Part shown: one piece after another, positions 48,728 to 58,114 of the stretch
Layout of the letters: every line of letters begins with the position of its first letter
Position numbering within the stretch: the first letter of the stretch is position 1
Assembly (NCBI GenBank): GCA_965662235.1
Contig: CBFIGY010000004.1
Span: 28,363 to 92,362 of the forward strand
Reading direction: 5' to 3'
Length of the DNA stretch: 64,000 bases
Source: an uncultured bacterium
Lineage (GTDB): Bacteria; SAR324; NAC60-12
Notes under the pieces: model-generated
Database searches by the model: none
Told to the model about the DNA's origin: nothing
The model's input: only the letters and a program-made list of their open reading frames with translations
Translations under genes and position numbers: made by a program

Positions 48728-50026
48728 ATGCGAGTAACGGAAAACAGCCGCCGCGATCAGGTCCTGAACAACATCCAGAAGACGTCGTCGCGTCTGCAGG
48801 AAACGCAGATGCAGATGGCAACCGGGCAGCGCCTGAACCGTCCGTCGGATGACCCGATTGGCGCGGCGACGATGCAGGACATCGTCACCAAGATTTCCAG
48901 CAGTGAGCAGCTCATCCTGAACCTGCAGGAGCACCGCAACTGGCTGGAGCGCAGCGAGCTGGAGCTCAACCACATCCAGGAAATGATGACCCGCGTCCGG
49001 ACCCTAGCGCTGTCGCAGTCGGGAAGTGATGCGAATGAAGAGTCCCGGCAGATGACGGCTCGGGAAATCGCCGCCATCCGCGAGAGCATGTTTGACGCTG
49101 GCAATGCCAAGGAGGGGAAGCTCTACCTCTTCTCCGGCGTGAAGAGCCTGACGGAACCGTTGGTGAAGAATTCTCCGATCCAGCCGGCGAAGGTGGAGAC
49201 CAAGAACATCATTCAGCAGGACATTCGGGACGTCTTGGACGTGTCGCAGTTCCGGGCAAATTTCGAGGGACACTCCACCAACGACTACCGCCTCCGCATC
49301 ACGCAGACGGGTCCCTTCGGACAGGCACGCTATCAGCTTTCTGATGACGAAGGACGCACTTGGACCAAGCCGGAAGTGCTCCGGCCGGTCATTGAAATGG
49401 TCAACCCAGAGGGCAAGCCCGACGACCGGGTGAAACTCAAGTTTTCTGACCAAGAGGGGCGATTGGGCAAAATGATGTCCGATTACTTCAACATTGATCT
49501 GGGGAACGCCTACGACTTCACGGTGGACGGTGAAGTCATTTTTCCGGCAGGATTGGAATTTCTCTACTCCCCCAACCCGGAAGTCGCTTATCAAGGGGGA
49601 GAAGACAAGAAAGAGGTCCTGATTGCCAATGGGATTTCTGTCCCATTGGGCGTGACGGCTTCGGAGGTGCTCCTAGAAGCCGGCGAAGAAAAAATCGACG
49701 TTTTTTCCCTACTTTCGACCCTGGAACGGGCACTTGTGGAAAATGATGGTCCTACTCTTGCAAAACGTGTAGATGAGCTTCAAAAAGCTCAGAATCAGGT
49801 GCTCAAGCGCCAAGCGGATATCGGGAACCTCATGAAGGAGATCGAGCTCGCGAAGAACAAGCTTGAGGACCAAGCGTTTGAAAAAGAGAAACGGCTGTCA
49901 GAAGTTCGGGACCTGGACTTGGCGAAGGCCTCCATTGATGTCAACACCGCGGAAGTGAACAACCGCTTGGCGCTTGACTCCGGAAGTCGACTCATTCAAC
50001 CCACCCTCTCTGACTTTCTGAGGTAG
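48728..50026 (+). CDS. flgL: Hook-associated protein 3
   Basis: MRVT, TGQRLNRPSDDP, YLFSG, C-terminal TLSDFLR. Confidence 0.95.
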   Translation: MRVTENSRRDQVLNNIQKTSSRLQETQMQMATGQRLNRPSDDPIGAATMQDIVTKISSSEQLILNLQEHRNWLERSELELNHIQEMMTRVRTLALSQSGSDANEESRQMTAREIAAIRESMFDAGNAKEGKLYLFSGVKSLTEPLVKNSPIQPAKVETKNIIQQDIRDVLDVSQFRANFEGHSTNDYRLRITQTGPFGQARYQLSDDEGRTWTKPEVLRPVIEMVNPEGKPDDRVKLKFSDQEGRLGKMMSDYFNIDLGNAYDFTVDGEVIFPAGLEFLYSPNPEVAYQGGEDKKEVLIANGISVPLGVTASEVLLEAGEEKIDVFSLLSTLERALVENDGPTLAKRVDELQKAQNQVLKRQADIGNLMKEIELAKNKLEDQAFEKEKRLSEVRDLDLAKASIDVNTAEVNNRLALDSGSRLIQPTLSDFLR

Positions 50027-50091
50027 TCGTTACAGATGGCCAACAGCTTCTGACCGCACCTCGCGGATCCAGAAAGTTCCAGTAAGGCAAA

Positions 50092-50325
50092 ATGCTGATA
50101 CTGACAAGGAAGTCGGGCGAGAGCATCACAATTGGCGATGACGTCAAGGTAACGGTCATCGAAGTCAAGGGTAAGCAGGTGCGCATTGGGATCGACGCGC
50201 CTCGGAACTACGTCATTCACCGGGAAGAGGTGTACATTCGCATTCAGGAGGAAAACCGCCTGGCTGCTGAAAAATCTCCCCTCTCGATTAAAGGATTGCG
50301 CGGCCTCTTCGGTCACAAGGACTGA
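50092..50325 (+). CDS. csrA: Carbon storage regulator
   Basis: [32 protein letters not shown] plus C-terminal EENRLAA extension. Confidence 0.98.
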   Translation: MLILTRKSGESITIGDDVKVTVIEVKGKQVRIGIDAPRNYVIHREEVYIRIQEENRLAAEKSPLSIKGLRGLFGHKD

Positions 50326-50364
50326 GCCACCGCTCCACCAACCTTAATGTCTCATTGAGGAGCC

Positions 50365-50856
50365 ATGAAGATTCAAACGACTCGCTTTGGTGAGGTCGAA
50401 ATTGCAGATAGCCAGATCATCAACATGCCGAACGGCATGTTGGGTTTTTCCGCCGAGCGGCACTTCGTCCTGCTCGAGGAAGAAGCGGGCGGCCCCTTTG
50501 AGTGGTTTCAGTCTGTGGAGAACCCCAGTCTGGCATTTGTCATGATCGACCCGAACTTCGTGACCTCCGATTATGAATTTGAGGTGACGGAAGAGCAGAT
50601 GAAGAAGATCGATGCCTCGCAGGAAAGCGACATCACGGTGCGTGTCCTCATCACGATTGCTCGAAACTTCCGGGAAACCACGGTCAACCTGCAGGGCCCG
50701 TTGATCTTCAACATGCCCAAACGCTTGGGCATGCAACTGGTGATTCCAGACGGACGGTACACCACACGACATCCGTTGTTTGGCGACCGGCTTCCCATTC
50801 CAGAAGAGCCTGCTGAAGAATCGGCCCCGGCCTCCAAAGCCCAGTCCGCCGCTTAA
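50365..50856 (+). CDS. fliW: Flagellar assembly factor / CsrA antagonist FliW
   Basis: MKIQTTRFG, GMLGF, WFQS, LAFVMIDP, TVNLQGP. Confidence 0.95.
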   Translation: MKIQTTRFGEVEIADSQIINMPNGMLGFSAERHFVLLEEEAGGPFEWFQSVENPSLAFVMIDPNFVTSDYEFEVTEEQMKKIDASQESDITVRVLITIARNFRETTVNLQGPLIFNMPKRLGMQLVIPDGRYTTRHPLFGDRLPIPEEPAEESAPASKAQSAA

Positions 50857-51425
50857 ACGCGCTCAGCTCCCTGCTGTAGTCGGCGAAAACGCTCCTCAAG
50901 GGTCTTCCGGAACGCCTCAGCGGTTCCGGAACCCACCTGAACTCCCTGCTCCTCCACAAAAATCGACAGCCGTTCCGTCCAACGCGGCCACCTCTGTTCC
51001 TCAAGGGTGACGTCACGGACCGAGGCCCAGAGCGGAAAGATCCAGGCTCCGGACGCCTTCCATTCCTCAAGGGGAAGGACTGCTTCGGGCGTCCACGGGT
51101 GCCATACCACCGTCTGACGTTCCAACGGAGTCTCTAGGGCGGCAGAGCACCACGTGCGCTGAGAGGTGGTCGGCCAGAGCGCCTGTGCCCGCTCCCACTT
51201 GGGACAAAAAGCAAAGACCTCGGCTGAGGCCTGTGGCCGAAGGTGATGCCAGGCGACCAGCAACTGCTCCGGAGGAACCAGCAGCACCACAGGATCCCCA
51301 TCCTGAACCGTCCGTTCCCACTCACCGAGGTTGAAGAGGGCCGCCGGACGCAAGCGTGCCTGCAGCTGAAGGGCGGCAAAGCGTCTCCACACAGCAAGGG
51401 TGGAGGCGGCGGTCTCAAGCGTCAC
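50853..51425 (-). CDS. Hypothetical protein
   Basis: 190-aa ORF abutting the GNAT stop and filling the gap to fliW. Confidence 0.65.
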   Translation of the reverse strand: MTLETAASTLAVWRRFAALQLQARLRPAALFNLGEWERTVQDGDPVVLLVPPEQLLVAWHHLRPQASAEVFAFCPKWERAQALWPTTSQRTWCSAALETPLERQTVVWHPWTPEAVLPLEEWKASGAWIFPLWASVRDVTLEEQRWPRWTERLSIFVEEQGVQVGSGTAEAFRKTLEERFRRLQQGAERV

Positions 51426-51929
51426 CTAAGCCTCTGGATTCAGGGGAAGTTGCATGTAGACGGAGTCGAGGAATCGACCAAACTTGAATCCGACTCCTGG
51501 AAGCAGTCCGGTTTGCTGAAAACCGAGTTTGCGGTGCAGGGCTAGGGAAGGAGCGTTGGCGGAGTCACCAATGACCGCAACGAGTTGCTGAAACTGCTGA
51601 GCCCGGCACTGCTCAACCAGGGCCTGCAGGAGGAGGCTCCCCACGCCGGTGCCCACTGCATCCGGGTGGACGTACACGGAGTCTTCCAGCGTGTAGCAGT
51701 AGCCCTTGCGGGGGCGAAAGGGGCCGGCGTAGGCGTAGCCGGTCACGGTGCCGGCATGGTCGGCAACGAGGTAGGGAAGCGCTGCGTCCTGCAGAGCGGT
51801 GGCGCGACGCTGCATCTCTTCCAGATCCGGTGGGTCCCATTCCCAGGTGGCGGTGCTGTGGAGGACATGGTGGGCGTAGATGGCGTGCACGGCCGGGAGG
51901 TCGGCTGCTTCCAGAGGGCGGATGTGCAT
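51426..51929 (-). CDS. GNAT N-acetyltransferase (Pat/MnaT-like)
   Basis: GYAYA, EDSVYV, GTGVG, NAPSLALH.KLGF, VGFKFGR. Confidence 0.93.
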   Translation of the reverse strand: MHIRPLEAADLPAVHAIYAHHVLHSTATWEWDPPDLEEMQRRATALQDAALPYLVADHAGTVTGYAYAGPFRPRKGYCYTLEDSVYVHPDAVGTGVGSLLLQALVEQCRAQQFQQLVAVIGDSANAPSLALHRKLGFQQTGLLPGVGFKFGRFLDSVYMQLPLNPEA

Positions 51930-51932
51930 GAA

Positions 51933-52925
51933 TCAGCGAAAGACGAATTTCAGCGGGATCTTGATCTGCTGAATGGCCGGGTCTCCGGCAATTTGCTTCA
52001 AGAGGAACTCTAGGGTCGTGGTCACCATCTTTTCCACATCTTGGTGAGCAGAGATGATGGATCCCGGAAGGTAGTCCAGCATCGGCTGCTTCCCAAAGGT
52101 CGCAAAGCGGGTCTGCTCAAGCCACTGCGGGGCCTGCTCCTGAAGGTACTGCAGCACGCCCTCAAAGAGCGTCATGGAACCTGTGAAGAGGGCCTCCGGA
52201 GGCGTGGTGCGCTGAGCATGGAGCTGCTGAGCCATCGCGTAACCGTCCCGGAAGTCGTAGCCGCGCTCAAGGATCTGATCCGGGTGCTGCGTCCGTTGAT
52301 GCGTGTTCAGTGCGTCTCGCACCCCTCGGAGCCGGTCCTTGCTGGTCGAGATCCGGGGCCCGCCGCCGATGTAATAAACCTCTTTTGCCCCCCGGCGGCA
52401 CAGCTCATCCACCAAGCGGTAGGCGCCATCGTAGTCGTCACTGACGACCCAAGAGGCTTCCGGACGAGCCACCAAGCGGTCGATGTACACGCGCGGAATG
52501 GAAAGGTACTTGTTGGAGGGCGTCCAGCGTCCTGCAGAGTCGGCACTGGCGATGACGAGTCCGTCAATGTTACGTGACAGGAGGTTCTTGACGACCTCAA
52601 TTTCGGTGGGAAGGTCATCGTTGGTGGAGGTGAGAAACACCTGGTAGCCCTGTTCCCGGGCCGCCCCGTCGAAGCGCTCGGCAAACTCGGCAAAGAAGCG
52701 GTTCACCAGCCCGGGCACCACAATGCCCAAGGTCTGGGTCTTGCGCAGCCGCAGGCTCCGGGCCTGTGCATTGGGGGAGTAGCCATACTCCTCCACCAGC
52801 CGCAGCACGTGCTCGCGAGTCTCTGCGCTGATTCGGTAGTGCTCCCCACGGCCGTTGACGACCATGCTGACCGTGGTTTTGGAAACGCCGGCGATCTCAG
52901 CAATTTCCTTGAGGGAAAGGGTCAT
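51933..52925 (-). CDS. LacI-family regulator, Cra/ScrR-like
   Basis: LKEIAEIAGVSKTTVSMVVNGR...YRIS..T; hinge YSPNAQARSL; RBS AGGAG before ATG 52925. Confidence 0.92.
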   Translation of the reverse strand: MTLSLKEIAEIAGVSKTTVSMVVNGRGEHYRISAETREHVLRLVEEYGYSPNAQARSLRLRKTQTLGIVVPGLVNRFFAEFAERFDGAAREQGYQVFLTSTNDDLPTEIEVVKNLLSRNIDGLVIASADSAGRWTPSNKYLSIPRVYIDRLVARPEASWVVSDDYDGAYRLVDELCRRGAKEVYYIGGGPRISTSKDRLRGVRDALNTHQRTQHPDQILERGYDFRDGYAMAQQLHAQRTTPPEALFTGSMTLFEGVLQYLQEQAPQWLEQTRFATFGKQPMLDYLPGSIISAHQDVEKMVTTTLEFLLKQIAGDPAIQQIKIPLKFVFR

Positions 52926-52940
52926 TCGAAAAACTCCTAA

Positions 52941-52956
52941 ACTAAAAGGATTTAGT
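52941..52956. promoter_or_regulatory. Putative Cra/ScrR-type operator (autoregulation)
   Basis: ACTAAA-AGGA-TTTAGT palindrome directly upstream of the regulator's RBS. Confidence 0.55.
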
Positions 52957-53055
52957 CGTTTCGGGGAAGCAGAATCGGACACCGCTCCTCGGAAGTCAAG
53001 AAGTTTTCGTGATCTCAAGGAAACGCAGAGGGGCGCTGGTCGAGGACCCGTGAGG

Positions 53056-53071
53056 TGGCATGTTTCTCGCT
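53056..53071 (+). promoter_or_regulatory. Putative sigma54 promoter
   Basis: TGGCAT-N5-TCGCT, 46 nt before ATG 53118. Confidence 0.55.
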
Positions 53072-53117
53072 ACTTTCTCCGGTGGCACCGTCCATTTATT
53101 TTCAGGAAGGATAAACA

Positions 53118-53522
53118 ATGATAAATTGGTTGAAGTTCGAGGGGAAGGGGCTTCGTGGAGAAGAGCCCGGGCTGCTGATCTACCTGAAGCCAGAGGCGTT
53201 GGATCACGCCATGGTGATTGAAGACTTTGAGGCCTTTCAGTCCAGTCCGGATTTTGTCCCTGGGGGACGACTGCTGGATGTCCGGCGTCAGTACTCTTAC
53301 CGGCTCCGCCAAGTGGCGGACCTGGTGGAAGAGCCCTTGGCCAAGCCGGAGGTCTCGACCAAGGAGCCTGCAGAGGCTCCGGTGGCAGAACCGGCCCCGG
53401 CCCCAGAAAAACCCGTCACCCGTGAGCCGGCGCGTGCTCAGCAGCGAGAACGCCCGCCCCTAGATGACCTTGATGATGAACAGGCCTCATTGGCCGATTT
53501 GGAAACACTGCTGGTACGTTAA
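53118..53522 (+). CDS. Hypothetical protein with Pro/Glu-rich linker and acidic C-terminus
   Basis: RBS AAGGA, ATG start, 3 nt from next gene. Confidence 0.75.
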   Translation: MINWLKFEGKGLRGEEPGLLIYLKPEALDHAMVIEDFEAFQSSPDFVPGGRLLDVRRQYSYRLRQVADLVEEPLAKPEVSTKEPAEAPVAEPAPAPEKPVTREPARAQQRERPPLDDLDDEQASLADLETLLVR

Positions 53523-53525
53523 AAC

Positions 53526-54587
53526 ATGGCCTTACAGGACCAGGCTCGCGGCGTTCGTCCGGGAGAGGAGTTGGACTTAAAGGTGCTGGAGGCTTCCCTT
53601 CAGCAGCAATTGGGAGTGGAGGGAGACCTGGAGCTGCTCCAGTTTCCGTCAGGTTACTCGAACCTGACCTACCTGCTCCGTTTAGGGACGCAGGAACTGG
53701 TGCTGCGCCGCCCTCCTTTTGGGACCAAAGCCAAGAGTGCTCATGACATGGGCCGTGAGTTTCGGGTGCTGTCGGCTCTGCATCCGCACTTTCCACGTGC
53801 TCCGAAGCCGCTTTATTACGAAGCCGATGAGTCGGTGCTGGGTGCTCCGTTTTATGTGATGGAACGGATTCAGGGCATCATTGTTCGACGGGACCTGGAG
53901 GCGGACTTTCCGATTGCTCCTGAGCAGCGTCCGGAACTGTGTCGTCAGCACCAGCAGGTTCAGGCGGAGCTGCATCAGTTGGATTATGAAGCTGCCGGGC
54001 TGGGGGACCTTGGGCGTCCGGAAGGGTACGTGCAGCGTCAGGTGGAAGGCTGGGCCAAGCGCTTGGGAGGCGCGCAGACGCCGGACGTTCCAGACGCCAC
54101 CGACGTCATCGCCTGGCTCCGGGAACACCTGCCCCAAGAGACCCGCTCGGCGCTCATCCACAACGACTTCAAGCTCGACAACGTGGTCCTTGACCCACAG
54201 CAGCCGCTGAACATCATTGGGGTGCTGGACTGGGAAATGACAACGCTGGGGGACCCGTTGCTGGACCTCGGATGCTCGCTCGGGTACTGGGTGGAAGCCT
54301 CGGATGCCGACGATCTGCAGCAGTACCGGATGCTCCCCAGCGTGGAGCCTGGCTTCCTCTCCCGGCAGGAAATGGCAGCGCTCTACCTGCAGGCTCATCC
54401 TCTTCCGGAACAGGACCTGATGTTCTGTTACGTCTTTGGCGTGTTCCGCTTGGCGGTGGTGATGCAGCAGATCTACTACCGTTATCACTTGGGACAAACC
54501 CGTGACCCTCGCTTTGCCGACCTCAACGGCATGGTGGTCGCGCTCATCCACCAGGCCCGCCGCGTCCTGCAAACGGGGCGCTGGTAA
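53526..54587 (+). CDS. Phosphotransferase family protein (APH/ACAD10-11 N-terminal-like)
   Basis: GYSNLTY, VLRRPP, AHDMGRE, HNDFKLDN, LDWEM. Confidence 0.93.
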   Translation: MALQDQARGVRPGEELDLKVLEASLQQQLGVEGDLELLQFPSGYSNLTYLLRLGTQELVLRRPPFGTKAKSAHDMGREFRVLSALHPHFPRAPKPLYYEADESVLGAPFYVMERIQGIIVRRDLEADFPIAPEQRPELCRQHQQVQAELHQLDYEAAGLGDLGRPEGYVQRQVEGWAKRLGGAQTPDVPDATDVIAWLREHLPQETRSALIHNDFKLDNVVLDPQQPLNIIGVLDWEMTTLGDPLLDLGCSLGYWVEASDADDLQQYRMLPSVEPGFLSRQEMAALYLQAHPLPEQDLMFCYVFGVFRLAVVMQQIYYRYHLGQTRDPRFADLNGMVVALIHQARRVLQTGRW

Positions 54588-54678
54588 GTCCCGGCGGCCT
54601 CAGGAGAAAAGCCCGGGCGTTTTTGGGGTCCGGGTGCTTCTCTTAGAAAGCCTCAGCCTCAAGCCGTTCCCTAAATTT

Positions 54679-56421
54679 TTAGGAAACGGGGTGCTTCAGC
54701 CTCCAGAAGGCCCAGGTCAACTCGACCCCTGCCAGCAGCAACAGCATCCACAGCAGCAGCTCCCGCAGGTCGTTGGACACAGAACGGCTCTCGGCAGTGA
54801 GCTGCTGACCGGCGCGTTCCAAGTACTCCTGCATCGCGGCAAATTCCTCATCACTCATCAATGTCAGATTGCTCTCCCGGACCGGCACATTCACCGCAAA
54901 CCGGAGGGTCCGTTCTCCTGACGCTTCAGGGACCTCATAGCTTCCTGGAAGCAGAAAGGGGGAGTCGCTGAGCAACGCCCGCAGCTGCGGGGAGCCCGAC
55001 TCGAAGGTGCCTGCGAGGGTCACCGGGTGCTGACGAAGCAGCAGATCAAGCCAGCGTTTGACCTCATCCGGAAATCGCTGCTCCTGATAAAACGGCCCCC
55101 ACTCTTCTCCAAAACCCGTTGGCGCCAGCCAGAGGTCACGGGCTTCCGCATAAAACAAACCACTCGGGTCACGAACAATGCCCCACTCCTGGGCAAGAGG
55201 CGTCTGGGTCCAGTCCACCTGCCACTGCTCGCGTGGAAGGGCTTCCTCCGTAAGGGCGTCCGAAGACTCTGGAGCATCAGCCGGACGCTGAGCCCAGGTT
55301 TGCCAGTCGCCTAGGCGGGTAGGGAAAAACAGGCGCAAGGGAAAGCCGGCAAACGCCTCTGCCCGGATGGGGTGGTCTCCCAGCAACAAAAGGGCGTCCA
55401 CTTCTTCTGCCCGTGGCTCCTCAGCGTCCCCCAGCAGGTAGGAATACAGCTCGTCTGCGTTCAGCGCAGAGCGGAGGGCGTGCAGGCCATAGCGGAACAT
55501 CCCGGACTCGCCTTCAAAGTTGACAACACCCACCCAAGGCGTCTGCTGACGGTTCCGGAGGAACACGCGGGTGTCGTCAGCGGCCAGAGCATCCCCGCGC
55601 ATTTCCAAGCGAGCCTCCAACGGCTGATTGCGCTGAAAGGCGTCTCCCAGAGGCAGCTCCACCGAAGTCACCTGTGCTAGGTCCGGAAGGTCCTGTACGG
55701 CCAGCTCCTCGCCGGCTTGCTGCACCACGATGCGTCCCGGACCCGTTGGGTTGCCAGCGAGCTCTAGGTGGAGGACCGACTGCTGGAATCCACGGGTCTC
55801 TAGGCGAAGGCGCTGCAGGGCACCGTTGGAACGCTCAGGAGCCTGAGGGCGCTGCAGGTCCCACTGCACCGGCTGGATGGCAGAGGGGTAGTACTGGTAC
55901 TGACTCTTCTGGAAGTCAGAGACCAGGTGAATCTGATACTCGACGGGCTGCTCGCCTTCCGCTTGCCGGAGCACCGCTTCTGCAATTTCTGCCAGTGACG
56001 GAGACCCCGGATGCCCTGCGAACGAACCAACGGTCACGTTAGGAGTCCGGGACGCCGTTTCCAACAGGTCGGACAAACGGGTGGCCTGACCCGACACTCC
56101 GGCGTCCAGCGGCAGGCTGACACCATCAGGCAGGCTCGCGCTGTCATCCAGCACCCACACGTCTTGCACCTGACGCTGCTCCCGCCAAAAGGGGTGGGCC
56201 AGCAGGAGCACAAGCAGGAGGATGAGCAGGCTCCGGAGCAGCTTCAGCAGCCAGTCATCGGTCGACGGACGCAGCTGGCGCCGTAGGCTTTCCGGAGGCA
56301 ACAGGAAGTAGGCGCCAAAGCGCAGAGGCGACTGGAAGCGGTGCTGCACCATCGGCCACAGCCAGGGCAACGCCGTCAGTGGCAACGCCAGGAACCAGAG
56401 GGGGTAGAGGAACTGAATCAA
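54679..56421 (-). CDS. BatA-domain / vWA-like membrane protein
   Basis: MIQFLYPLWFLAL double-TM N-terminus, WLLKLLR..LAHP, LDDSAS, LVSDFQ, FAVNVP.RESNL, C-terminal TM. Confidence 0.8.
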   Translation of the reverse strand: MIQFLYPLWFLALPLTALPWLWPMVQHRFQSPLRFGAYFLLPPESLRRQLRPSTDDWLLKLLRSLLILLLVLLLAHPFWREQRQVQDVWVLDDSASLPDGVSLPLDAGVSGQATRLSDLLETASRTPNVTVGSFAGHPGSPSLAEIAEAVLRQAEGEQPVEYQIHLVSDFQKSQYQYYPSAIQPVQWDLQRPQAPERSNGALQRLRLETRGFQQSVLHLELAGNPTGPGRIVVQQAGEELAVQDLPDLAQVTSVELPLGDAFQRNQPLEARLEMRGDALAADDTRVFLRNRQQTPWVGVVNFEGESGMFRYGLHALRSALNADELYSYLLGDAEEPRAEEVDALLLLGDHPIRAEAFAGFPLRLFFPTRLGDWQTWAQRPADAPESSDALTEEALPREQWQVDWTQTPLAQEWGIVRDPSGLFYAEARDLWLAPTGFGEEWGPFYQEQRFPDEVKRWLDLLLRQHPVTLAGTFESGSPQLRALLSDSPFLLPGSYEVPEASGERTLRFAVNVPVRESNLTLMSDEEFAAMQEYLERAGQQLTAESRSVSNDLRELLLWMLLLLAGVELTWAFWRLKHPVS

Positions 56422-56694
56422 CGGAAGCCACGCGTGGAGAGTTGAAAAACGGTTTGTGGGCCTGCGAACAGCGCCTTGATGGAGAACGCCTCAAGAGTCT
56501 AATCGGTCCCTCCCCCTGAGGCAAGCAGGTGCATGCGCCCTAAAAACCGGACTCGAGGAAGCCAATTGCACGCTTGGGAAAGCAGCCGCCCCCCGGGAAC
56601 GCCCCCAGTCCGTCCTCCACCCTGCGGAACGCCTCTAGGGACACCCGGGACTTTTTTGTCCCAGTTGTCAGAGAAAGGGTGGGGGGCTGGTTTT

Positions 56695-56731
56695 GAAAAC
56701 CTTGAGGCTGTCCGTCCTTCTTGGTTAGGGT
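56695..56731 (+). promoter_or_regulatory. Conserved promoter element, copy 1
   Basis: GAAAACCTTGAGGCTGTCCGTC identical to 60048-60069; TTGAGG-N18-TAGGGT. Confidence 0.7.
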
Positions 56732-56781
56732 TGAGCCCCTGAAGCTCCCTTTGTCCACCTCTTTTTGTGGGAAACCCGCTC

Positions 56782-58113
56782 ATGGCTGTTTCGTCCCTGA
56801 AGCGTCTTTTGATTGTTGGAGCGCTGTTGCTGCTGGTGTCAGGCGCCTCTGCCCAGAACCGCGGGGTCTCCCCGCTGTTGTCTTCGGCTCCGGGCGTCGA
56901 AGGACGTTACTATGCTCTGATCATCGGCAACAACGACTACCAGCACTGGCGTCCGCTGCAAACGGCTGTACGGGACGCAGAGCAGCTCCGCGATGTGCTG
57001 GTGCGACGCTACACCTTTCCGGCAGAGCAGGTGCTGCTGCTCAAGAATGCGACCCGCGTTGACCTGCTCCGGGGATTTGACTGGCTCAAGGAGCGCAGCA
57101 CCCCCGAGGACCGGGTGCTCATCTACTACGCGGGGCACGGTGAGTACGACGAGCGTGAAGACGGCTACTGGGTGCCGGTGGAGGCCAGCACCGAAAACCG
57201 CTACTCTCATGTCAGCAACAGCGACGTCCTCAACCAGATCCGGGCCATTGAAGCCCGTCACAAGCTGCTCATTGCCGATTCCTGCTTCAGTGGCAACCTC
57301 CTCACCCGTGGGGCTGTCCGGAATCCGGATCCGGATTGGAGCGAGGAACGCTACTTCCAGGAAAAAAACCGCCTCAACGCCGTCATGGGTCTGACCTCCG
57401 GAGGCAACGAGCCGGTCTCAGACGGCGGGGCCCGCTGGGGAGGCAACAGCATCTTTGCTTACCACCTTTTGGCACAACTACAGGCAAATGAAGCCCCATA
57501 CCTTTCTGCGTCGGAGCTGGCTCTGAGCCTCACCCGGTATGTGGCCAATGACACCCTTTCAGCGACGGGAAGTCAGCAGACTCCTGTTTTCCAAGCGATC
57601 AACAATCAGGGACACCAAGGGGGTGAGTTCTTCTTCATTCGGCAACCCGAGGCCGTGTCCCGAACCCTTATGGCTTACCTGCCGGCTGTGGATGGCTCGT
57701 TTGGTCCGGTTCAGCACGCGGCGCAGGACACCCTAGAGAGCTGGCTGGCTGGACAAAAGGAGGAGCTGCCCACTGCAACGCTGGATTCCCTTGAAACCCT
57801 CAGGCGTCAGCTGATTCGGCAGGGACAAAAGCAGGCCCTGGTGTGGCGCCTAAAGGGCTGGAACGAAGAGACGGCCTCCCTACTCTGGCAGGGGGTGACA
57901 CGGCTGGAAGTGCAAATGACGGTGTACGTCCTCCAAAACGGACGCCTGCAGCAGGTGGATCAGTTTGAGCTGACCGGGGAACGCCTGCCCTACCAGACGC
58001 CTCCAGCAAGTCCTGCTGCTCAGGAAGAACAGTACCAGCGGGTGGCTCTGAAAATTCTGGAGCATGCTCCGGAAAACGGCATGCAGGCCTTTGTCCGTAA
58101 GGTACTGGACTGA
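56782..58113 (+). CDS. Exported caspase-like protease (peptidase C14), paralog 1
   Basis: Signal peptide ending ASA; YALIIGNNDY, catalytic YYAGHG and ADSCFSG; p10-like SGGNEPV.DG..SIFA; extra C-terminal domain. Confidence 0.9.
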   Translation: MAVSSLKRLLIVGALLLLVSGASAQNRGVSPLLSSAPGVEGRYYALIIGNNDYQHWRPLQTAVRDAEQLRDVLVRRYTFPAEQVLLLKNATRVDLLRGFDWLKERSTPEDRVLIYYAGHGEYDEREDGYWVPVEASTENRYSHVSNSDVLNQIRAIEARHKLLIADSCFSGNLLTRGAVRNPDPDWSEERYFQEKNRLNAVMGLTSGGNEPVSDGGARWGGNSIFAYHLLAQLQANEAPYLSASELALSLTRYVANDTLSATGSQQTPVFQAINNQGHQGGEFFFIRQPEAVSRTLMAYLPAVDGSFGPVQHAAQDTLESWLAGQKEELPTATLDSLETLRRQLIRQGQKQALVWRLKGWNEETASLLWQGVTRLEVQMTVYVLQNGRLQQVDQFELTGERLPYQTPPASPAAQEEQYQRVALKILEHAPENGMQAFVRKVLD

Positions 58114-58114
58114 C

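Noticed and set aside
49437..49465. TCAAGTTT..GGCGATTG inside flgL as an internal sigma28 promoter
   Set aside because: Spacer is 13 nt rather than 11 and the -10 match is weak
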